From an archaeon (GTDB taxonomy: Archaea > Nanobdellota > Nanobdellia > Pacearchaeales > GW2011-AR1), in assembly GCA_024278335.1 (NCBI GenBank), contig JAJRTJ010000001.1:26481-90480 (forward strand): a DNA stretch of 64,000 nt. Reading direction: 5' to 3'. The notes beneath the pieces are model-generated. The model searched no databases. It had not been told where the DNA came from and was given only the letters and a program-made list of their open reading frames with translations. Both the position numbers and the translations under genes were made by a program. Positions 27,973 through 37,069 of this stretch are shown one piece after another (the stretch's first letter is position 1; every line of letters begins with the position of its first letter).

Positions 27973-30129
27973 TTATTTATTAAGTTTTATTAGTTCAATG
28001 CTTGTTGAACTTTCTGAATCTTTGACCAATAGATTCTCTGACTCTTTAATTCCTGCTTCTCCCTTTATAGCGTGTATAACTTCTGCACGAGTGGCATTTT
28101 CTATTTTTTCTGTTTCTTCTACATATCCAATTTCCTCGTCACATTTTGGACAATATTCATGGTCTCCTTCAAGATATCCATGTTTTGGACAGATAGAGAA
28201 AGTAGGAGTAATAGTGAAATAAGGAAGATGGAAATTTTCAGCTATTTTTTTAACTAATTTTTTAACTGATTCTTTTTCAAGTCTTTCTCCAATAAATCCA
28301 TGAAGAACTGTTCCGCCAGTATACTGAGTTTGCAAATCATCTTGGAGCTCTAATGCCTCAAAAATATCTGGAGTATAGTTTACTGGAAGCTGGGTTGAGT
28401 TTGTATAGTATGGCTCTGCTTTTTTGTTTTTAACTGCTTCTTCATTTGCTACCACAATTCTTCCATACTTCTTTTTATCTGTTCTTGCAAAGCGATAGCC
28501 AGTGCTTTCTCCTGGAGTTGCCTCTAAATTATAAATGTTCCCTGTCTCTCCTTGAAACTCCTCTAATTTTTTTCTCATGAATTTTAAAACCCTGACTGTA
28601 AATTCCTTTCCTTTTTTTGTGGTAATGTTTTCTCCAGGCATAAAATTTATAACTGCTTCATTCATACCAATTAATCCAATTGTTGCAAAATGGTTTTTCC
28701 AATATTCATTATATCTTTTTTTAACCATTCTCAAATAAAATTTTGAATAAGGATAAAGCCCCTTTCTAGTGAGGTTCTCAATTGCTTTTCTTTTTATCTC
28801 CAGGCTTTCTTTTGCAAGAATCATAAGTTTCTCAAGTCTTTTTAAAAAATCTTTTTCATCAACTGAAATAAACCCCAATCTTGGCATATTTATTGTAACA
28901 ACTCCAATTGAGCCAGTTTGAGGATTAGCTCCAAATAACCCCCCCCCTCTTTTTCTTAATTCAGTTTGGTCAAGCCTGAGCCGGCAGCACATACTTCTTG
29001 CATCTTCAGGACTCATGTCTGAGTTAATAAAATTTGAAAAATAAGGAATCCCATATTTAGCAGTCATTTCCCAGATTAAGTCATAGTTTGGATTATCCCA
29101 ATCAAAATCCTTTGTGACGTTATATGTTGGAATTGGAAAAGTAAAAATTCTTCCATGAGCATCTCCTTCCATCATACACTCTGCAAAAGCTTTGTTTAAT
29201 ACGTCCATTTCTTTTTGAAATTCTTTATACTTTTCTTTTTGAGGCTGGCCTCCAATTATAACTGCTTCATCTTTCATATAATCTGGAACTTTAAGGTCAA
29301 GAGTGATATTTGTAAACGGGGTTTGAAAGCCGACTCTTGTTGGAACAGCAAGGTTAAATAAGAATTCCTGCATTGCTTGTTTAACTTCCTTATATGAAAG
29401 ATTGTCATATCTGATGAATGGTGCAAGGAGCGTATCAAAATTTGAAAATGCCTGTGCCCCGGCTGTTTCTCCTTGTAATGTATAGAAGAAATTAACTATT
29501 TGCCCAAGAGCTGTTCTTAAATGTTTTGCTGGCTTAGAAGAAACTTTTCCTTGAACCCCTGTAAACCCTACTGACAAGAGGTCTTTTAAATCCCATCCAA
29601 CACAATAAGCACCAAGAGTTCCTAAATCATGAATATGCAAATCTCCATTCTCATGAACTTTTCTTATTTCTTCAGGATAAATTCTTCTCATCCAATAATT
29701 TGTTACAATTTTTGTAGCAATATAATTATTCAATCCCTGAAGAGAAAATCCCATGTTTGAATTTTCCTTTACCATCCAGTCTTCCAGTCCAATATAATCA
29801 TCAACAACCTCAATTGTATCAAATAAGCCCTTTACATTTCTTAGTTCTTCGTGGCTTTTTCTATAAAGAATATATGCTTTGGCAACCTTTGCATGCCCTT
29901 CTTCAATAAGAATTTTTTCCACTCTGTCCTGAACTTGTTCTACATCTGGGAAATCGTTTCCTTCTTTAAGCAGACTTTCAACAACCATGTCTGCAAGAAT
30001 TTCTGACCTCTTTTTATCATGCCCTCCAACGGCCTTTGCAGCCTTCCAAATAGCGTCGGCAATTTTATCTTTCTGAAACAAAACCACGCTTCCGTCTCTT
30101 TTTCTTATTTTTTTAATCTCTTTTTTCAT
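27973..30129 (-). CDS. nrdD: Anaerobic ribonucleoside-triphosphate reductase, large part (ATP-cone plus catalytic barrel plus Zn site) lacking the glycyl-radical loop
   Basis: N-terminal ATP-cone (IRKRDGSVVLFQKDKI), class III RNR core, and a C-terminal Zn motif CPKHG...CPKC. A non-homologous ~50-aa tail and a stop follow. Confidence 0.85.
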   Translation of the reverse strand: MKKEIKKIRKRDGSVVLFQKDKIADAIWKAAKAVGGHDKKRSEILADMVVESLLKEGNDFPDVEQVQDRVEKILIEEGHAKVAKAYILYRKSHEELRNVKGLFDTIEVVDDYIGLEDWMVKENSNMGFSLQGLNNYIATKIVTNYWMRRIYPEEIRKVHENGDLHIHDLGTLGAYCVGWDLKDLLSVGFTGVQGKVSSKPAKHLRTALGQIVNFFYTLQGETAGAQAFSNFDTLLAPFIRYDNLSYKEVKQAMQEFLFNLAVPTRVGFQTPFTNITLDLKVPDYMKDEAVIIGGQPQKEKYKEFQKEMDVLNKAFAECMMEGDAHGRIFTFPIPTYNVTKDFDWDNPNYDLIWEMTAKYGIPYFSNFINSDMSPEDARSMCCRLRLDQTELRKRGGGLFGANPQTGSIGVVTINMPRLGFISVDEKDFLKRLEKLMILAKESLEIKRKAIENLTRKGLYPYSKFYLRMVKKRYNEYWKNHFATIGLIGMNEAVINFMPGENITTKKGKEFTVRVLKFMRKKLEEFQGETGNIYNLEATPGESTGYRFARTDKKKYGRIVVANEEAVKNKKAEPYYTNSTQLPVNYTPDIFEALELQDDLQTQYTGGTVLHGFIGERLEKESVKKLVKKIAENFHLPYFTITPTFSICPKHGYLEGDHEYCPKCDEEIGYVEETEKIENATRAEVIHAIKGEAGIKESENLLVKDSESSTSIELIKLNK

Positions 30130-30130
30130 T

Positions 30131-30568
30131 TTAAACTTGTTTTATTGCCTGTTTAAAATCCACAACATCTTTAAAATTTTTATAAACTGAAGCAAACCTT
30201 ATATATGCAACATTGTCTATTTTCTTAATCTTCTTCATAACTAAGTCCCCTAATTGGCTGCTTGTTATCTCTTTTTTTCCTTTTCTTTTTAATTGCTCTT
30301 CAATTTCACTTATCATTTTTTTAATTTTTTCTTCTGGAACAGGTCTTTTTTCAAATGCTTTGTAGACCCCTCTTTCAAGTTTTTCTCTTGAAAATTTTTC
30401 TCTTCTTTGGTCTTTTTTTATAATGTAAAAATGCGGGTCTGCTACTTGTTCATAAGTAGTAAACCTTCTTTTGCACTTCAGGCACTCTCTTCTCCTTCTA
30501 ATGCTCTCATTTGAGCTTCTTTTGTCAGTTACTTTTGATTTCAAATGAGCGCAAAAAGGGCATTTCAT
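30131..30568 (-). CDS. nrdR: NrdR-type transcriptional repressor (Zn ribbon plus ATP-cone)
   Basis: MKCPFCAHLKSKVTDKR...CLKCKRRFTTYE followed by an ATP-cone. Start chosen at ATG 30568 rather than the track start at 30622. Confidence 0.8.
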   Translation of the reverse strand: MKCPFCAHLKSKVTDKRSSNESIRRRRECLKCKRRFTTYEQVADPHFYIIKKDQRREKFSREKLERGVYKAFEKRPVPEEKIKKMISEIEEQLKRKGKKEITSSQLGDLVMKKIKKIDNVAYIRFASVYKNFKDVVDFKQAIKQV

Positions 30569-30749
30569 TTTATTAATATAAATACAATATATTGTATAGA
30601 TGTTCTTATAAAACATCAACAAATTGTAGGGTAAATATATAATATAACCGCTTTTATTTAAACATTTATAACCACTTAAAAGAACAACACCAAAAATTTT
30701 GTGCGAACTTTTTAATTAACTTTTTAAACCCTTTTTTCATTATAAAAAA

Positions 30750-31001
30750 ATGGACGCAGGATATTTAACAATGGCTTCTCAAGAGTTTGGAATTCCGCTT
30801 TGGCTTTTAATGATTATATTATCTTGGACATTGGTGTGGAAACTTCTGGCAATGTGGAAATCTGCAAGAAAAGGCTCTGCTATCTGGTTTATTGCTCTTG
30901 CTGTTTTAAATACTGTGGGTATTCTTCCGATACTTTATATTTATGTTTTCTCTGAAATGAAATTTAAAAAATCTCAGAAAAGAACAAGCAGAAAAAAATA
31001 A
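30750..31001 (+). CDS. Small 2-TM membrane protein (DUF5652-like)
   Basis: 83 aa with ...WTLVWKLLAMWKSARKGSAIWFIALAVLNTVGILPILYIY..., which resembles the DUF5652 pattern as I recall it. Confidence 0.5.
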   Translation: MDAGYLTMASQEFGIPLWLLMIILSWTLVWKLLAMWKSARKGSAIWFIALAVLNTVGILPILYIYVFSEMKFKKSQKRTSRKK

Positions 31002-31823
31002 TCATTTTTTTATAATTTCGCACATTTTGCATATTTTATTTCTTGAAGGCTCCCCGCACATCGAACAATATGAAATTTCTTTTTCTTGTTTTTTAATTTT
31101 TTTAATCATCTTTTCAGAGTTTTTAACAATCTTTCTTTTTTCTTTTTCAGAAATTTTATTGAGAAATTTTCTGATTTCAATTCTATAAGAATTTAAAGCA
31201 CAGGGACAAGGCTCATAAACAACCGGCAGTTTTTTGTTTTTAGAATATTTTCTAACATCTTCTTCTAAAACATAAAACAATGGCTTGATTCTTGTAACAA
31301 ATTTTTTGTCTGCAATATTCTTTGTTTTTATCCCAATATTTGAGCTTAGTTTTGGGCTTCCTTTGAAGATGTTCATTAAAAAAGTTTGGGCTTCATCGTC
31401 GAGGTTATGTCCAGTTGCAATCATTTTTGCTTTGAGTTTTCTTGCTTCTTTATTCATTATCCATTTTTTAATAACCCCGCAAATCGCACAATTTCTAAGT
31501 TTGTTTCCTTGCTGTTTTGATTGAATAGCACTTCTCAGATAACACATGGAATTGCCCATCTGCTTTTTTATATCATAAGTATGGAGTTTGATTTGTAAAA
31601 GGTTGCAAAGTTCTTGAATTGTTTTAAAGCACTTCTCACTATAAGAGCCAATTTTTAAATCAATATGAAAGCCTTCAATGTTATATCCAAATTTTTTCAA
31701 AAGATAAGCAGTAACACTTGAATCTTTTCCTCCAGAAAGCGCTACTAAAATTCTGTCTTTTTTTGACAAGCCAATCTCTTTAAGTGTTTTTTTGACTTGG
31801 GCTTCAACTTTTTGTTCTAACAT
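31002..31823 (-). CDS. PP-loop ATPase, tRNA 2-thiolation family (TtuA/NcsA/TtcA-like)
   Basis: SGGKDS PP-loop with Cys clusters CAICG, CPC and CSMCG...CKMC. Confidence 0.75.
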   Translation of the reverse strand: MLEQKVEAQVKKTLKEIGLSKKDRILVALSGGKDSSVTAYLLKKFGYNIEGFHIDLKIGSYSEKCFKTIQELCNLLQIKLHTYDIKKQMGNSMCYLRSAIQSKQQGNKLRNCAICGVIKKWIMNKEARKLKAKMIATGHNLDDEAQTFLMNIFKGSPKLSSNIGIKTKNIADKKFVTRIKPLFYVLEEDVRKYSKNKKLPVVYEPCPCALNSYRIEIRKFLNKISEKEKRKIVKNSEKMIKKIKKQEKEISYCSMCGEPSRNKICKMCEIIKK

Positions 31824-31940
31824 TTTAATTATTAGAGTTTGTTGTTTAAAAAGCTTTTAAGGTATTTTAGCAGAGCATGTTTAAATTATTTTTACCAGCA
31901 AAAACCAAAATCTTAAATACTTTAAATTTCTTTTATATTT

Positions 31941-32036
31941 GTTTAACTTCGGTTAAACACCGGGAGAGGGAACTTCGGTTTTTTCTCCCACCTTTTTATA
32001 ATTTCAAGGAGATAAAAAGGTGAGCTTCTCGCCTTT
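31941..32036 (+). ncRNA. Candidate structured small RNA (four consecutive hairpins, two with cUUCGg loops)
   Basis: GTTTAAC-TTCG-GTTAAAC (31941-31958). GGGAGA...TCTCCC encloses GAAC-TTCG-GTTT (31962-31989). ACCTTTTTAT...ATAAAAAGGT forms a 10-bp stem (31990-32021). GGTGAG-CTT-CTCGCC is followed by TTTTAT. A TATA-like CTTAAATA lies ~25-30 nt upstream. Strand is inferred from the UUCG loops. Confidence 0.4.
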
Positions 32037-32088
32037 TATCAATTTTCATAAGATTGGTATACCCATATTCTCACACTCTTCCAAAAAA

Positions 32089-34533
32089 TTAAATCTTTTT
32101 CCTTCTCAATAAATTAGCATTTGTTACAACACTAATTGAAGATGTGGCCATAGCTATTTCAGCAATAACTGGATGTAAAATTCCAATTACTGCCAAAGGC
32201 ATAGCAATAATATTGTATGAAAACGCCCAGAATAAATTTTGTTTTATTTTAGAAAAAGTTGCCTTTGATAAGTTAATGGCTTTAACAACTCCTTCCAAAG
32301 ACCCTTTTGTTAAAATAATGTCTCCAGATTCAATTGCAATATCTGTCCCTGTGCCCATTGCTATTCCAACATTTGACTGCTTTAATGCAGGAGCATCATT
32401 AATCCCATCCCCGACAAAAGCAACAAATCCTTTTCTTTGCAGTTCTTCAACCTTTTTTGATTTTTCTCCAGGTAAAACATTTGAAACAACTTCATCAATA
32501 CCAACTTCTTTTGCAATTGCTTTTGCAGTTCGTTCATTATCTCCAGTAATCATGACGGTCTTGTATCCTTTTTCATTAAGTTTTGCTATTGCTGAAACAG
32601 AGTCTTCTTTCACAGAATCAGCAATGCCAATAATACCAATTGCTTTTCTATTTTCAGCAACAATTATTGTAGTATTTCCATTGTTTTCAAATTCTTCTAT
32701 TTTTTTGTTAAATTCCTTTAATTGAACTCCTCTTTCTTTCATTAACGCATTATTGCCAATAATAATTTCTTTTACCCCTATTTTTCCTTCCACCCCCCTG
32801 CCCCTTAAAATCCTGAAATTTTTTACTTTCTTGTATCTTTTTAAATTTGCTTTTTTAACAACTGCTTTTGACAGCGGATGCTCAGATAATTTTTCCAAAC
32901 TTCCTGCTATTTCTAAAAGATACTTTTCACTAACATTTGCTTTAATTTCTCTGACCTCTGGCTTTCCTTTTGTAATTGTTCCGGTCTTGTCAAAAATAAT
33001 TGTTTTAACATCTTTCATGGTTTGAATTGCCTCTCCTTTTCTGATTAAAATTCCGTTTTTTGCTCCAATTCCAGAGCCAACCATTAAGGCAGTAGGAGTG
33101 GCAAGTCCCAGAGCACAAGGGCAGGCAATAACAAGAACAGCAATTGAAGCAAATAGAGCAAGTGCAATTGTTCCTACATTAAGATTAATCCACGGCAAAA
33201 AGTCAAAAAACCCTGCAATACTCTGCATAAAATTTGGAAAAATAATCCATGCAAAAAAAGTTAAGATTGCAATTACAATGACTGCAGGAACAAAATAAGA
33301 AGTTATATTGTCGGCAAATTCTTGGATTGGAACTTTGCTTCCCTGAGCTTCTTCAACAAGCTTAATAATATTTGATAAAAAAGTATCTTTTCCTATTTTT
33401 GTTGCCTTGACATACAAAATCCCGTCTTGATTAATTGTAGCCCCAATAACTTTGTTATTTTTCTTTTTATCAACAGGCAGACTCTCTCCAGTAACCATTG
33501 ATTCATCAACTGCACTTTCTCCTCTAACAATAATTCCATCAGTAGGAATTTTTTCTCCGGGCTTTATAATCATAATGTCACCCACCCTAACTTCAGAAAT
33601 AGGAACTTCAATTTCCTCTTTATTCCTAATAATTACTGCTTTTTTTGCTCCCAACTCAAGAAGCTTTTTGATTTCTTGGCTTGCCTTTCCCCTTGCTAAT
33701 GCTTCAACATATCTTCCTGTTAAATGAAATCCCATAATCATGCTTGCAATAGCTGCATAATTTTCAATAGGGAGAAAGAACTTAATTATCCCGCTCAAAA
33801 AAGCAATAAAAGTTCCGAGAACAATTAAAAAATCCATGTTAAATGAGAAATACTTTGCTGACTTGATTCCAGAAACATAGGTATGCCATCCAAAAATAAA
33901 CAAAACCGGAATTGCAGCTAAGATAAATATTACATCAATATAAGGAATCTTAATTAAACCAAACATATCTACCAGCATTAAAATTGCAATTGGAAGTGCA
34001 AAAGCCCATGCACCATACATTCTTTTTTTTGCTTCATTCATCTCCTTTATTTCTGCATCTTCATGCTCTTCCCCCTCTTCTCCCAAAACTTTGTATCCTG
34101 CATCTTCAATTGCCTTTTCAATATCTTCTTTTTTGCCGCTATAAATAACTTTTGCTTTATGAGAATTAATATTTAATTCAACATTTTTAGTTCCTTTAAC
34201 AGTTTTAATTGCCTTTTCAACTGTCTTAGCACAATGAGGATTATCTAACCCCTGAACAATAAAAATTGTTTTTTTTGTTGAGTTTTCTCCTTCATCCTCT
34301 AAAGTAGCTTTGTAATCTCCAACATCTGAAACTGCCTTGATAATGTCTGAACTTTTTGCATCTCCTTCAACATAAAGCTTTTTCATTCCAAAATTTATTC
34401 TGGCACTTTCTACGCCCTTTACTTTTTTGACAAATTTTTCAATATTATTTGCACAGCTGACACAGGACATGCCTTCAATTTTATATCTTTTTTTATTTAC
34501 TCCCATCTTTATAATAGTTGAAAAGTTAATCAA
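32089..34533 (-). CDS. copA: Copper-translocating P1B-type ATPase with two N-terminal HMA domains
   Basis: GMSCVSCA (HMA 1), a second degenerate HMA, TGES, CPC (ACPCALGLATP), DKTGT and GDGINDAP. Confidence 0.9.
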   Translation of the reverse strand: MINFSTIIKMGVNKKRYKIEGMSCVSCANNIEKFVKKVKGVESARINFGMKKLYVEGDAKSSDIIKAVSDVGDYKATLEDEGENSTKKTIFIVQGLDNPHCAKTVEKAIKTVKGTKNVELNINSHKAKVIYSGKKEDIEKAIEDAGYKVLGEEGEEHEDAEIKEMNEAKKRMYGAWAFALPIAILMLVDMFGLIKIPYIDVIFILAAIPVLFIFGWHTYVSGIKSAKYFSFNMDFLIVLGTFIAFLSGIIKFFLPIENYAAIASMIMGFHLTGRYVEALARGKASQEIKKLLELGAKKAVIIRNKEEIEVPISEVRVGDIMIIKPGEKIPTDGIIVRGESAVDESMVTGESLPVDKKKNNKVIGATINQDGILYVKATKIGKDTFLSNIIKLVEEAQGSKVPIQEFADNITSYFVPAVIVIAILTFFAWIIFPNFMQSIAGFFDFLPWINLNVGTIALALFASIAVLVIACPCALGLATPTALMVGSGIGAKNGILIRKGEAIQTMKDVKTIIFDKTGTITKGKPEVREIKANVSEKYLLEIAGSLEKLSEHPLSKAVVKKANLKRYKKVKNFRILRGRGVEGKIGVKEIIIGNNALMKERGVQLKEFNKKIEEFENNGNTTIIVAENRKAIGIIGIADSVKEDSVSAIAKLNEKGYKTVMITGDNERTAKAIAKEVGIDEVVSNVLPGEKSKKVEELQRKGFVAFVGDGINDAPALKQSNVGIAMGTGTDIAIESGDIILTKGSLEGVVKAINLSKATFSKIKQNLFWAFSYNIIAMPLAVIGILHPVIAEIAMATSSISVVTNANLLRRKKI

Positions 34534-34559
34534 CTATTTAAATGCTTTGTTTTTTAATC

Positions 34560-35462
34560 TCACTTATCTTTTGAATTAAAGTCTATTTCTTTGGCTCCCC
34601 GATAATAATCAATAAACTCTTTTTCTATTTGAATTGTTGAAAAATAAAATCCAAATTTCTCCTTCAATATTTTATTTATTTTCTTTAATGCTTTTTGTGA
34701 ATTTGCTGATTTATTTATTTGCACATGTGCTGAAAAAATATCTTTCCCAGAAGTAAGTGTCCATGCATGAATATGATGCATCTGTTTAACTTCGGGGATA
34801 GATTGGATAATTTTTTTGAGTTTATCTAAATCAATATTCTTTGGGGAGGATTCTAAAAGAATGTCAAAAGATTCTTTGATTATCCCCCAAGAAGCATAGA
34901 AAAGAACCAATCCAAATAACATTCCAAGAATAGAATCTATTGCATTAAAACCTGTCATCCAAATAACTATTGCCACAACAATGATGATGATGCTTCCTAC
35001 AAAAGTCTGCATTACATGCCAAAATGCCCCTTTCATATTAAGATTGTCTTTTTGTTTTGAGAACAAAAGCTTTATTGAAATTACTTCGGTCACAAGACCC
35101 CCGAAAGCTGCAATGAGCATTGGAATAAGAGGAAGCTCAATAGGATTAAACATCCTCTTAAATCCCATATACATAACAAATAAAGCCATTAAAAATAGAA
35201 AAAATCCGTTCAATAAAGCTCCGATTATTTCTGCACGAAAAGAGCCAAATGATTTGTATTTATCTGCAGGCCTCATTGCTATTTTTCCTGCGATTAGTGC
35301 AAGCAAAATTCCCCCCACTGCAGAAAAAGTATGAAAAGCATCGGAAATAACTGAAATAGATCCACTGTAAAATCCCAATCCCAATTCAATTAAAAAATAG
35401 ACTCCCGTCAACCACGAAGTAATTTTTAGGGCTTTTGCATTTTCTTTATGCATTTCAGGCAT
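34560..35462 (-). CDS. Cation diffusion facilitator (Zn/Co/Cd efflux) family transporter
   Basis: 300 aa with six TM segments, ISDAFHTFS and the HxxxD-like WHVMQTF, and a C-terminal cytoplasmic domain with HHIHAW. Confidence 0.85.
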   Translation of the reverse strand: MPEMHKENAKALKITSWLTGVYFLIELGLGFYSGSISVISDAFHTFSAVGGILLALIAGKIAMRPADKYKSFGSFRAEIIGALLNGFFLFLMALFVMYMGFKRMFNPIELPLIPMLIAAFGGLVTEVISIKLLFSKQKDNLNMKGAFWHVMQTFVGSIIIIVVAIVIWMTGFNAIDSILGMLFGLVLFYASWGIIKESFDILLESSPKNIDLDKLKKIIQSIPEVKQMHHIHAWTLTSGKDIFSAHVQINKSANSQKALKKINKILKEKFGFYFSTIQIEKEFIDYYRGAKEIDFNSKDK

Positions 35463-35505
35463 ATATATGGTTTTGTGTCATTTTTTCCTTATTTGGTTAT
35501 TTTTA

Positions 35506-35679
35506 TTAACGGCATTTTTTTAAACTAATCTCTTTTTCATAAATCTCTGCATGCTCTAATGAACAAAAAGTTTTTTCTTTCAAGTTCTTAAAAACAGGGT
35601 CATTTATTTTTTTAGATATCTCTCTGCCCCTTTTGATTTTCTTTCTACAATATTCACATTTTTTTTTAAATAAGCCCAT
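35506..35679 (-). CDS. 57-aa TRASH/YHS-like Cys miniprotein
   Basis: My translation is MGLFKKKCEYCRKKIKRGREISKKINDPVFKNLKEKTFCSLEHAEIYEKEISLKKCR*. The CxxC...CxxxH spacing resembles TRASH metal-binding domains. It is below the ORF-track size cutoff. Confidence 0.5.
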   Translation of the reverse strand: MGLFKKKCEYCRKKIKRGREISKKINDPVFKNLKEKTFCSLEHAEIYEKEISLKKCR

Positions 35680-35712
35680 TTTTTATTAATTTTTCTAAGA
35701 TTTTTTATTGAT

Positions 35713-35862
35713 TTACTCTCCTTTATGAATTTTCATATAGATTTTCTTGCATTTTATTGAACAAAATTTTTCTTCCTTTTTCAAGGGCATTCCACACATA
35801 ATACATCCAAAATTAATTTCACTAACAAGTTCATTATTGCATAAAGGACAGCTTTTTTTCAT
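35713..35862 (-). CDS. 49-aa zinc-ribbon/TRASH-like miniprotein
   Basis: My translation is MKKSCPLCNNELVSEINFGCIMCGMPLKKEEKFCSIKCKKIYMKIHKGE*. Its start overlaps the upstream stop (ATGA). Confidence 0.5.
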   Translation of the reverse strand: MKKSCPLCNNELVSEINFGCIMCGMPLKKEEKFCSIKCKKIYMKIHKGE

Positions 35863-36488
35863 TGTTTCCTTGCCTCAATTTTTTTAAATACATCAAAAAA
35901 AGCGAGATTCTTGTATTTATAATCTAATCCTGCTTTTTTAATATTTTCAAGTGTATCTCTATTTACATTAAAGCCAAATAAAAACCTTGTTAATGGATTG
36001 TGAATATGCTGAAGTATCTTAATTAAAAAATGTCTGCTCTTTGTATGTTCTAACATCAAGATTTTTCCATTTTTTTTAACAACCCGTTTCATTTCTTTTA
36101 ATACTTTGACAGGATATGGAACAGAGCACAAGACAAAAGTGCAGACAACATAATCAAAACTCTCGTCGTTAAACTTGAGATTTTGAGCATCCATTCCAAT
36201 TAATTTGATTTTTTTATTATTTAAAATTTTCAACTTTTCTTTTGCCTTTGCTATCATTTTTGCACTCAAATCAATTCCGATAACTTTTGCATTTTTTGGA
36301 TAGTATTTCAAATTTTTTCCTGTTCCTACTCCAATTTCCAGAACACTTCCCCTTAAATTTTTAAGAAGGTTTTTTCTCCATTTATCCAGAGTTCTTTTTT
36401 CAAAATCTTCTTCTATCCAGTCATAAAAATACGAAAATCTGTCATATCTTTTTTGAACTTTTTTTGTTTTTTTATCCAACATTTGCAA
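35859..36488 (-). CDS. Class I SAM-dependent methyltransferase (UbiE/type 11-like)
   Basis: VLEIGVGTGKNL motif I, VIGIDLS and DYVVCTFVL. Confidence 0.8.
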   Translation of the reverse strand: MQMLDKKTKKVQKRYDRFSYFYDWIEEDFEKRTLDKWRKNLLKNLRGSVLEIGVGTGKNLKYYPKNAKVIGIDLSAKMIAKAKEKLKILNNKKIKLIGMDAQNLKFNDESFDYVVCTFVLCSVPYPVKVLKEMKRVVKKNGKILMLEHTKSRHFLIKILQHIHNPLTRFLFGFNVNRDTLENIKKAGLDYKYKNLAFFDVFKKIEARKQ

Positions 36489-36858
36489 GAACCTCTTTTA
36501 ATTTATCTTCTACTCTTTCAGCAATTTCCTTTAATTTTGTATTCTCAACTGCTTCCATGGCGACTCTTGGGTTTATTACAGATACAAAAGTTTTTCCATT
36601 AGTTTGATAGATAATAACATTACATGGAAGAAGCAACCCAATATCTTTCTCTGCTTTTAATGCATTATAAGCAAATTCTGGATTGCACGCACCAAGTATA
36701 ATATAGTTTTCATAATTTATATCAAGCTTTTTCTTTAGGGTTTCTTTAACATTGATTCCTGTCAAGACCCCAAATCCTTGTTTTTTCAATTCATCTTTCA
36801 CTGATTCAACAGCTCCATTAAATTCTGAATTTATTTCTTTTTTATATCCGTATTTCAT
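36472..36858 (-). CDS. DUF302 domain protein
   Basis: ...GFGVLTGINVKETLKKKLD...YIILGACNP...LLPCNVIIY, typical of DUF302. Start moved to ATG 36858 (MKYGYKK), just after the upstream stop. Confidence 0.75.
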   Translation of the reverse strand: MKYGYKKEINSEFNGAVESVKDELKKQGFGVLTGINVKETLKKKLDINYENYIILGACNPEFAYNALKAEKDIGLLLPCNVIIYQTNGKTFVSVINPRVAMEAVENTKLKEIAERVEDKLKEVLANVG

Positions 36859-36859
36859 C

Positions 36860-37033
36860 TTATATCTTTTCAAGTATTTTTTTAATTGAATGTCTTGTTA
36901 TTCCAAGATCGCAGGTTTTATTCTTTTTGCACCCTCTCTCACACTCTTCAGCCCATTTTTTGTCTTCATATAAAAGTTTGCAACTTTCACAATAAAAATA
37001 TCTTCTACCTTGTGCTTCTACTTCTTTTACCAT
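36860..37033 (-). CDS. 57-aa Cys-rich miniprotein
   Basis: My translation is MVKEVEAQGRRYFYCESCKLLYEDKKWAEECERGCKKNKTCDLGITRHSIKKILEKI*; below the track cutoff. Confidence 0.45.
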   Translation of the reverse strand: MVKEVEAQGRRYFYCESCKLLYEDKKWAEECERGCKKNKTCDLGITRHSIKKILEKI

Positions 37034-37069
37034 TTTTCTTCCTTATGTTCTTTTAATCTATCCAAGAAA

